The notes under the pieces were generated by a model. That model saw nothing but the letters and a program-made list of their open reading frames with translations. It did not search any database and was not told the origin of the DNA. From Pseudobdellovibrionaceae bacterium (GTDB taxonomy: Bacteria > Bdellovibrionota > Bdellovibrionia > Bdellovibrionales > UBA1609): a stretch of DNA of 64,000 bases. Shown here piece by piece: positions 56,719-64,000 of the stretch. The position numbers and the translations under genes were made by a program. The number at the start of each line of letters is the position of its first letter. Within the stretch, counting starts at the first letter, position 1. Location of the stretch: positions 1,900-65,899 of the forward strand of contig JAUVAX010000009.1 in NCBI GenBank assembly GCA_030591685.1, in the 5' to 3' direction.

Positions 56719-58659
56719 ATGAATGAACAAAAATTTAATGTATTAATAGTAGATGATGACAAGGGCTATCTGGAGTCCTTAGTTAGAACAGTGGAAGCCG
56801 CTGGACACTCTGTAATGGCATTTACGGACCCCATTGTGGCGTTAAACAAAGTTAAAATCAACGCTCCAAATATTGCCTTAGTTGATTGTATGCTGCCAAA
56901 AAAAAATGGTATCGATTTTGTGAGTGAATTAAGATCTATTGGGTTTGAAAACATTCCTGTTATTATGATGAGTGGCGTATTTAAAGATAAATCTTACGCT
57001 CAAAAGGCAAAAGCAAAAACTCAAGCTATCGAGTTTTTAACGAAACCCTTTGATTTAGATACATTACACGCGCTCATCAATGAAAACTTGCCAAAGAGCA
57101 GGGACCATAGCGAAGCGCCACTGTCCTCATTTCTAATTGAAAAATTAGACTCCGCGCGCCTAAGGTTAGATGCATTGAATGAAGTAAATGAAATAAGTGG
57201 GTATGACCTGCCGTTTGTTATTAACATACTTTTAGAGGGCGAAAATAACGGATGCATAAATCTATATGATAAAGAAAATAAAAACTTTAAAATTCATATT
57301 TCAGGAGGGAACATACTCTCGCTATTAAGTGACGAAACATCTAATATTGTCATGAGTCAGATATTAAAATCTAAATCCATTGATGAGGAAGAGTTAAGTA
57401 GTATATTTTCTCAAGAAGGTCATGGTGATTTATTACATAATTTAGTAAGTCATAGTTATCTTAGCCCTCACATGTTGCCAATAATAAAAACAGAGCAAAT
57501 CTTAGTAGAGCTCAAAAAACTAGTTTCTAATAAAAAATTTAAATTTAAATTTACTCAGTCTGATGATGTGCAAAGTAATTTTGCAATAAAATCAAACTTT
57601 ATTATACCACTTTTAAGTGAATTAATTGATAAACAAGTGCCCGTGTCGTGGCTGGAGCATTTTTATTCATCTTGCGAAAGCCTCCCGATCCAATTAGGGC
57701 CTCATTATCGCCCCTCGCACCAAGCTCTTTCTCTGGAGTCAGTAAAGCCTGTCATTAGTTTAATTGATAATGCAGACAAAGGCGAAACATTAGAGTCTCT
57801 GATTGAAGGTAAAAAGTATGATAAAGATAAAGTTTATAAGGCAATACATATGTTGGCGATTCACCGAATAATCGTCTTTGAAACAGAAGGGTCGATTATT
57901 AAAGTCGAAGGGGATATGATGCGATTGCAAGACCTCTTTGAGACACTCTCAATGAAAAACCCCTTGGAGGTTTTTAAATACTTCGGAGCCAGTGAAATGG
58001 TGAGCTCCGTCGAAGTTGGTAAGTTGTACAGGGAGCTTGCGAAAACATATCACCCAGATAAACTAAAAAAAGGTACAACAGCTGAACAGAAAAACTTGGT
58101 GGGTGAAATTTTTAAGTTATTAACAGGTGCACACAACATACTTACTAATACAAAAAAACGTGAAGAATTCGCCAGTCAACTTAAGAAAAAAGACGCCGAA
58201 AAACAAATGAAGTCAGAGGCAATTTTAGAGGATGGAATTGTTGAACTTAAGAGAGGTAAATATGATTCGGCTGTTATTTTGCTAGAAATAGCAGGAGATC
58301 TTTATAAAACTTTTTATGCTAAAATTCATGTTTGTTGGGCTAAATTGAAACAGACTGAGGGAGGGGATGAAGACCCTACCCTCTTGGCTTTTGTTAAAAA
58401 TGTTTTAGACAATGCCTCCTCTGAAGATCGGCGCTCTCCAGAGTACCACCATGTACTAGGGCTTTTTAGAAAGCGAGACGGCGATATGATATCAGCAAAA
58501 TCCTGTTTTGAGAGAGCGCTAAGCTACGATGGTGGTTTTATTGAATCCAGGAGGGAGTTAGCAAACTTACCTCAGGGGCCTAAGAAAGAGTCTAGTTCAA
58601 TATTTAAGAAGGACATCGGGAGCGTCTTAGGCGATATTTTTAAGAAAAAATCATCTTAA
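56719..58659 (+). CDS. Response-regulator receiver / DUF4388-like / J-domain / TPR-like multidomain protein
   Basis: Receiver (VLIVDDD, ALVDCMLPKKNG, LTKPFD). Middle region with a DUF4388-like pattern (GYDLPFVINILLEGENNGCINLY......IHISGGNILS). J-domain with HPD (LYRELAKTYHPDKL). Helical repeats at the C-terminus. Confidence 0.7.
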   Translation: MNEQKFNVLIVDDDKGYLESLVRTVEAAGHSVMAFTDPIVALNKVKINAPNIALVDCMLPKKNGIDFVSELRSIGFENIPVIMMSGVFKDKSYAQKAKAKTQAIEFLTKPFDLDTLHALINENLPKSRDHSEAPLSSFLIEKLDSARLRLDALNEVNEISGYDLPFVINILLEGENNGCINLYDKENKNFKIHISGGNILSLLSDETSNIVMSQILKSKSIDEEELSSIFSQEGHGDLLHNLVSHSYLSPHMLPIIKTEQILVELKKLVSNKKFKFKFTQSDDVQSNFAIKSNFIIPLLSELIDKQVPVSWLEHFYSSCESLPIQLGPHYRPSHQALSLESVKPVISLIDNADKGETLESLIEGKKYDKDKVYKAIHMLAIHRIIVFETEGSIIKVEGDMMRLQDLFETLSMKNPLEVFKYFGASEMVSSVEVGKLYRELAKTYHPDKLKKGTTAEQKNLVGEIFKLLTGAHNILTNTKKREEFASQLKKKDAEKQMKSEAILEDGIVELKRGKYDSAVILLEIAGDLYKTFYAKIHVCWAKLKQTEGGDEDPTLLAFVKNVLDNASSEDRRSPEYHHVLGLFRKRDGDMISAKSCFERALSYDGGFIESRRELANLPQGPKKESSSIFKKDIGSVLGDIFKKKSS

Positions 58660-58663
58660 ATAT

Positions 58664-59371
58664 CTATTTTTTAAGTTTTCTATGTGTTTGAAAAAAAATA
58701 GACTTGAGAGTACCTATTTCATCTGGAGAGGGATGACTTCTGAGAAGAATATTTTTCAAGGTTAAATAGGCATTTTTTTTAGGGGCATTTAAATCAAACC
58801 CAAGAGCTGAGAGACAATTCTTTATTACTTCATCAGGAAATGAAAAATTATGAGACTTAATGGGCTGTACTGTACGCCCCTCCCTGAGGGTGTGGCTCAC
58901 TATATATAAGGCGAGTAAGGCCGCTTGAGAGAGGTTAAGGCTATTGAACTCTCCGAAAGCCGGTAGGTAACAGATATTATTACACAGTTCCATGTCTTCG
59001 TTGGAAAGTCCGTTATCCTCAGGTCCAAGGTAAATGTATAAGTTAATATCATCAGATGCTGTTTGTTTGATTTGGTTTAGAGTTTGCTCAAGGGGGGTAG
59101 AGGCTCTGTTTTTTCCTATTCTTTTTGAAAGAGCAATATGAATACCATTTTTTTCGTGGCTATAAAACTCTTTGATATCTGAGTAGGTGGTTCGATTTTC
59201 AAGTTGCTTTTGAGCTCCCGCAGCGCCCTTTCTTGCCTTTGAGTTTATGGACGTCTGAGGGTTCACCAAAATCAAACGCCCACCGCCAAAATTGGCCAAA
59301 GCCCGCGCTGTGCTTCCAATATTTGATGAGTATTTTGTATGCATAAGCACAACGTTAATCGTATATTTCAT
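58664..59371 (-). CDS. SpoU/TrmH-family RNA 2'-O-methyltransferase (TrmJ-like)
   Basis: VVLMHTKYSSNIGSTARALANFG. The ATG at 59371 lies 1 nt after the upstream TAG, whereas the track start at 59416 would overlap. Confidence 0.75.
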   Translation of the reverse strand: MKYTINVVLMHTKYSSNIGSTARALANFGGGRLILVNPQTSINSKARKGAAGAQKQLENRTTYSDIKEFYSHEKNGIHIALSKRIGKNRASTPLEQTLNQIKQTASDDINLYIYLGPEDNGLSNEDMELCNNICYLPAFGEFNSLNLSQAALLALYIVSHTLREGRTVQPIKSHNFSFPDEVIKNCLSALGFDLNAPKKNAYLTLKNILLRSHPSPDEIGTLKSIFFQTHRKLKK

Positions 59372-59372
59372 G

Positions 59373-61133
59373 CTAAAGTTGAGTCTCCTCATTGGCAAGT
59401 TGTAGGCCGCCATCAATAAGAGTTTTTAATTTAGGGTTCGCTTGGTAGGCCTCAATCAAATGAGTTTTAAGAAGTTCAGTGTGTGTTTGGTTCCCAGAAT
59501 TTTTAATAGAGAGTTCGTAAAGCTCAACGCCAAGGAGCCACTGATTAGAAAATTGATCCGCCCAATGTGCGATCATACCACTGAGTTTATTAGAAGAAGT
59601 CGTTTTAGAAATGCCTTCTTCACGTAATTGCCGAACATCAAAATAAAACTGGCGAAGTAAATTTTCTTCAGCCGTGGGTTGTTTCTCATCAATGAACTGA
59701 GGGATGAAATCAATGGTTTGCCCATATTTGACTCTGTCTGCAGGCCCGCCAAAAACACTTGCTATTGATTGGCCAACAGCTAGGTCAAAAGTCCCCCATT
59801 CGGGTTGAAATAAAACATCAGTCCCCTTAGAAACAGTGCAGTTATCAAAGGTAATTAGTAGAAGTTTATTATTTTCTGATAAAAGGCCATTAACTTGCCC
59901 TTTAACATCAATACCCGATTCAAAGTTAAGTGTAGCGCAGTTTCCATTAAATAAACCTAATAATTCTAGGTCACTGGAGTTGAGTTCTGAGAGCTCCTTA
60001 TTAATGTTTTTTAGAGGGCCTAGGGGCGAGCTAAAGCCATGAGAATGATATTTAATGCCATGGCCATTGAGTTCACAATTACGGTAAGAGAGTTGCGTGG
60101 GTCCCTCGAATTTAAAAAACTCTATGCTCTCTGGGGCTTTGGCATTGTTTTCAAACTGACTTAATACTCCTGATATCTGTAAGCCGGTATCGAGAACAAT
60201 AGTGTTGATAGTTTGAGACTCAAGGGCTTTATTTAATCCATAAAGGCCGCCTCTTTTATAAGCCATCGTTTCAGATAACTCTAAAAGAACTTGAGTTAAG
60301 TTTTCAAAGCTAGGGGTTACAAATAACTGGGGCTGGGGTTCGGTGATGTCATACGAATATTTAATACAATCAGTAGAGAGCGGGATTTTTTTAACATGAC
60401 TTTTAAGGCAACTGTGGGCCTCACCAATTGATGAGAGAAGTCCGGCACCAAAAATCTTAGGGTTATCTAGGCTACCAAACAATCCGTACTCTGCGGTCCA
60501 CCAATTCATTCTAGCAAGTAATGCGGCTTCAGAAAGAATTCCAGAGGCCGCAGATTTTTTGTTTAGAGCCTCTTCGCAGGCCTCTACTTGTTCTGCTGTG
60601 GAGTTTGGATTTTCTTTTATGTCACTAAGGTCTCTGATGGCATCATAGATTTCAAGGTCCTTTTGGCAATATATGGCCTTAGAGGCAATGGTTGCATATT
60701 GCTTTAAGTAACTTGCAAATTTTGGGTCTACGAGTATGGGGGCATGACCTGCCGATTCATGGACGATGTCTGGTGCGGGTGTATACTGTATGTGGTCTAG
60801 AGTTCGTAGGTCAGAGGCTATTGGTAAGATACTTAACGATTGAAACTCCATAAAAGCAACAGGAGGTATAAATCCACTAATCGGGACAGCGCCCCAGCCA
60901 AACTCGCTTAACTTTTGGTTCATGTGTGAAATGTCGGGTATTTTGTCTTCGGTGACGCCTGTTTTTTCAAGACCGCCCATGTACGCAGGGTGGCCATGTG
61001 TTTTTAGGTGTTTTTTAAGCTGTCTAATTATGTATCTCCAAATGGCTTGGTCCTCTGAGGAGTATTTAGAGTAATTTTGATCCACGACATATTTTTTTAA
61101 ATGCTCGGGTAGTTTACTTATAATTTCCTGCAT
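59373..61133 (-). CDS. Aromatic amino-acid (phenylalanine-4-) hydroxylase, long form with a ~300-aa C-terminal extension
   Basis: Iron-binding motif PDIVHESAGHAPIL plus the Glu in WWTAEYGL. 586 aa, versus ~270-300 aa for typical bacterial PAH. Confidence 0.75.
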   Translation of the reverse strand: MQEIISKLPEHLKKYVVDQNYSKYSSEDQAIWRYIIRQLKKHLKTHGHPAYMGGLEKTGVTEDKIPDISHMNQKLSEFGWGAVPISGFIPPVAFMEFQSLSILPIASDLRTLDHIQYTPAPDIVHESAGHAPILVDPKFASYLKQYATIASKAIYCQKDLEIYDAIRDLSDIKENPNSTAEQVEACEEALNKKSAASGILSEAALLARMNWWTAEYGLFGSLDNPKIFGAGLLSSIGEAHSCLKSHVKKIPLSTDCIKYSYDITEPQPQLFVTPSFENLTQVLLELSETMAYKRGGLYGLNKALESQTINTIVLDTGLQISGVLSQFENNAKAPESIEFFKFEGPTQLSYRNCELNGHGIKYHSHGFSSPLGPLKNINKELSELNSSDLELLGLFNGNCATLNFESGIDVKGQVNGLLSENNKLLLITFDNCTVSKGTDVLFQPEWGTFDLAVGQSIASVFGGPADRVKYGQTIDFIPQFIDEKQPTAEENLLRQFYFDVRQLREEGISKTTSSNKLSGMIAHWADQFSNQWLLGVELYELSIKNSGNQTHTELLKTHLIEAYQANPKLKTLIDGGLQLANEETQL

Positions 61134-61145
61134 AGATTCTCCTAT

Positions 61146-62123
61146 TTACAGATTCAAATATGGCGACTCAGAGAGAAGGTAGTTACTAACGTAGTCTTTA
61201 ATCCCGACTTCTAGGCTCCACTCTGGGTCAGAGAGTCCTTGTGATTTATGCTTGTCCATTTTAGCTTCAGTAAAATATTGATACTGCTCTCTTATGTTTT
61301 CAGGTATTTCAATCCAATCGATGTTAAGAGGTTCGCCGGTGTGTTTAAAGGTCGCAGTGGCTAAGTCGAGCCAGGTCTGGGCTTTTCCGAACCCCATGTT
61401 ATAAATGCCGGACTCAGCATGAGTATTGTTTAAAAACTCAAGCATCCACCGAGTCACATCTTTAATGTAAACAAAATCCCTAAGTTGCTTGCCGTCTTCG
61501 TATTTCACATCATGAGATTTAAAAAGCTTTAAAGACCCATTTTTTTTGATTTGATGAAAGGCCTTATAGACCACACTGGCCATGTCTTTTTTATGGTACT
61601 CATTGGGGCCGTAGACATTAAAATACCTAAGTCCATACCAGCGACGAGGAGTATTTGGCTGTTGAAGAGCCCAAATATCGAAATTTAGTTTTGACCATCC
61701 ATAGAGGTTAAGGGGGGCTAAATTGGAACTATCTGTGAGGTCGCTAAATCCAAGAGATCCATCCCCATACGTAGCGGCACTGCTGGCATAAATAAAGGGG
61801 ATATCTTTTTCAGTGCAATAGTTAAAAAATAACTTAGAGTAATCGGTGTTATTTTCTTTTAAAAAGGCCTCGTTGGTTTCGGTGGTCGAAGAGCAGGCAC
61901 CAATATGGAAAACAGCGTTAATATTGGGGGAGTGTTTTTTAAGGTAATCAAAAATTTCATATTTATCAAAAATTTGAGTGTATTTGAGGGGCTTTAAAAG
62001 CTCCCCTCGTTCTTCAAGGGAGACAGGGTCAACGCACAGAATATCCTCAAACCCAGCTCTGTTGAGCTCCCAAATTAATGCGCTTCCGATAAACCCGTTC
62101 GCGCCGGTAACAATAAGCATCAT
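61146..62123 (-). CDS. hldD: ADP-L-glycero-D-manno-heptose 6-epimerase
   Basis: IVTGANGFIGSAL Rossmann motif. Catalytic YGWSK (YxxxK). 325 aa. Confidence 0.85.
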   Translation of the reverse strand: MMLIVTGANGFIGSALIWELNRAGFEDILCVDPVSLEERGELLKPLKYTQIFDKYEIFDYLKKHSPNINAVFHIGACSSTTETNEAFLKENNTDYSKLFFNYCTEKDIPFIYASSAATYGDGSLGFSDLTDSSNLAPLNLYGWSKLNFDIWALQQPNTPRRWYGLRYFNVYGPNEYHKKDMASVVYKAFHQIKKNGSLKLFKSHDVKYEDGKQLRDFVYIKDVTRWMLEFLNNTHAESGIYNMGFGKAQTWLDLATATFKHTGEPLNIDWIEIPENIREQYQYFTEAKMDKHKSQGLSDPEWSLEVGIKDYVSNYLLSESPYLNL

Positions 62124-62178
62124 AACCCCTATGTAAGCGTGCTGAGCCTAGCATTTTCACAGTGCTGTTGCAAGGGGG

Positions 62179-63933
62179 TTAGATGTCCTCGCTATGCTCA
62201 TCTAGTATGGTGAGCATAGTTTTAATAAGGGCTTTTGATTTATTGCTTTGCAGTGTCTTTTTTCTAAAATTTAAATCTGTATCGGGGTTGAGACATTGAG
62301 ATTTAGCAAAATTCTCCATAATATTTTGGATTTCATTACTCTTAATCCCAGAGCGTTTTTTACTTAAAAGTTCATTAACAATATAGACTAATGAGTTGCC
62401 GGTCACGCGCTTTGGACTTCCGATGAGCTGGGAGCGCTTTTTTATATCGGTGAGAAAATTTAAAGCAGATTTTTTTTGAAGCCTAAGGGCTGAGGTAAAA
62501 ATCTGCGAATAAAGCGTTTGCAATTTTGAAAGCTTTTCCTTAGTGGAGGGAGTTAAAGTATCATCCCTATGGTCTATGTCCTCAATTTTCATATGAGTAA
62601 ATATAGCATCGGGATCCACCGGCAATAATGTTTCCGATTTTAAGGTCATGTTTCGGGGCAAATACGTAGACACCTTTCTGAGATTAAAAATAGGAGGCCT
62701 ATTAATACCGTCTTCTACAGTTTTAGTTTTTTGTTTTGTTTTTGTTTTTTCTAAAGACTCAAAGATCCTGTATAGGTCTTTGACTTGAGACCTATTTTTT
62801 AGCATCAGAAGCTCTGAGAGAGTATCTGGGTACCCCAATTGAAACAAAAATCGCTGTAGCAAAAAATACTCATATGCCTCGTGAAATTTGTTAATCATCG
62901 AGTGATTTTTAAATTCATTAAGGGGTTTTTTAACTTTAGTTTGAAGGTAATCTGTGAGTTGACAAAACACTTGAATGATTAGTGAGGCTTTATTTTTTTG
63001 CTCATTAAGTGTGGTCGAGAAACGTTCGACGTCGTCATATCTGTATTGATCGTGCCTCACTCCAAATTGTCGTATGCTCCCGTAGTCTATGATCCCTGAG
63101 TTAATAAGTACATTGTCGCCATCCCAATCGAGCCAGGCAAAAATATAGTCACGCTCTAGGTGGGCGATAAATTTTGCAAATTCATAGGTGAGTGCATCCA
63201 GCATTTTTGGGTATTTGTATTTTGATTTTAAAGGGATGTCCCACTCTTTATTTTGAACTTGCCTTGCAATAATATAGTCAGTGGCTTTTTTTAAGGATTC
63301 ATAATTGCCTTGTTTTAGGTACATAAATAAGTGAGCGGGTCGAAATAAATTTTTACCGGCTCTGACGCCTATCCCGTAACCCTTTGCGTGTTCAATAAGG
63401 ACAAGAGTTCTTTCTGTGTTATACCCATTTAGGCTTAAAATTTCTGACATCAGTGCTGAAGAGTAGAGCTCGTCAATTTCAGCAAGCCCGCATCCGTAGC
63501 CATGTTCAGTGTTTCCGGTTTCAAGGTGCTCTGATGCACTTGCAGCACCAGGGGAGAGGCTTGTGACCCCTGTCCCGCGGGAGCTAATATCCCACCCGCT
63601 TCCGCGGTGAGAGAAATACCCGTTCCAAATGCCCCGTCCATCGCCAGAGGTCGTCCCCTGTTTGTTTTTATGTTGTAGTTGAAGGTATCTCGTTGCCATG
63701 TAGGGGTTTGGTTTAATGGTTTTTTTTGAAATTTTTTTACCAACATCTAAGTCATACTCATTAATAATCTGTAGATTAAAAGTATCTAATAGTTTCTTTT
63801 CGAGTGAATTTGTAAGCATATGGGGGTGGTTTTCTGGGATAAGACCCATTTCTTTGGCCAGGTTAAAGTTAAAATAAGCGACTTTGCCCTGGCTTAGAAC
63901 TCTCACATTATAGTTTACATGCCCCTCAGGCAT
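62179..63933 (-). CDS. Divergent SelO/YdiU (UPF0061)-like pseudokinase-fold protein with a long C-terminal extension. The 5' end may lie off-window.
   Basis: SGDGRGIWNG, LMSEILSLNGYNTERTLVLI and DWDGDNVLINSGIIDYGS parallel the SelO motifs LGDGRA, SEAM..LGIPTTRAL and [15 protein letters not shown]. The frame remains open upstream of the ATG at 63933 through to nt 64000. Confidence 0.55.
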   Translation of the reverse strand: MPEGHVNYNVRVLSQGKVAYFNFNLAKEMGLIPENHPHMLTNSLEKKLLDTFNLQIINEYDLDVGKKISKKTIKPNPYMATRYLQLQHKNKQGTTSGDGRGIWNGYFSHRGSGWDISSRGTGVTSLSPGAASASEHLETGNTEHGYGCGLAEIDELYSSALMSEILSLNGYNTERTLVLIEHAKGYGIGVRAGKNLFRPAHLFMYLKQGNYESLKKATDYIIARQVQNKEWDIPLKSKYKYPKMLDALTYEFAKFIAHLERDYIFAWLDWDGDNVLINSGIIDYGSIRQFGVRHDQYRYDDVERFSTTLNEQKNKASLIIQVFCQLTDYLQTKVKKPLNEFKNHSMINKFHEAYEYFLLQRFLFQLGYPDTLSELLMLKNRSQVKDLYRIFESLEKTKTKQKTKTVEDGINRPPIFNLRKVSTYLPRNMTLKSETLLPVDPDAIFTHMKIEDIDHRDDTLTPSTKEKLSKLQTLYSQIFTSALRLQKKSALNFLTDIKKRSQLIGSPKRVTGNSLVYIVNELLSKKRSGIKSNEIQNIMENFAKSQCLNPDTDLNFRKKTLQSNKSKALIKTMLTILDEHSEDI

Positions 63934-64000
63934 GATTTTTTGCCAAGGGTGTGAGCCATCAATACGGTCAAATTTTTCGTATTGTTTTAGCTTTTCAAGG

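Noticed and set aside
1-64000. Mobile elements, prophage, defence islands, tRNA or rRNA genes
   Set aside because: I recognised no transposase, integrase, recombinase, phage structural, restriction-modification or cas-like translations in the ORF track. I found no tRNA T-loop/acceptor patterns outside coding sequence.

Overview
AT-rich (roughly 37-40% GC by eye) bacterial chromosomal window, densely coding, with many GTG/TTG starts and 4-nt stop/start overlaps. I saw no tRNA, rRNA, CRISPR array, transposase or integrase. The gene content and many signal-peptide proteins of unknown function fit a Bdellovibrio/Bacteriovorax-like predator, but that guess is unverifiable here. Main blocks: (1) 2.0-19.1 kb, an 18-gene aryl-polyene (APE)-type type II PKS/FAS pigment-lipid cluster, colinear with the E. 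coli/Xenorhabdus ape cluster and carrying a flavin halogenase, an MIO ammonia-lyase and its own PPTase. (2) RNase P RNA (rnpB) at about 22.02-22.38 kb, hidden under a spurious ORF. (3) A leucine-catabolism liu operon at 24.1-29.3 kb whose carboxylase alpha subunit is split into two genes. (4) A six-gene pantothenate-to-CoA operon at 33.2-37.9 kb on the minus strand. (5) Two patches of secreted proteins of unknown function (29.3-33.2 kb and 38.1-43.5 kb), the second containing a 450-bp tandem gene duplication. (6) Phe/Tyr catabolism genes (hppD, hmgA, a long phenylalanine hydroxylase) and housekeeping genes (ribD, hldD, a DEAD-box helicase, a Pif1-type helicase). (7) A five-gene signalling module at 52.9-58.7 kb: SpoIIAB-like kinase, STAS-like protein, PAS-Hpt CheA-type kinase without a CheW domain, CheY, and a receiver-J-domain-TPR protein. 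I rate this module the best candidate for an undescribed system. All functional calls rest on motifs read by eye from the translations and on remembered family knowledge. No searches were run.
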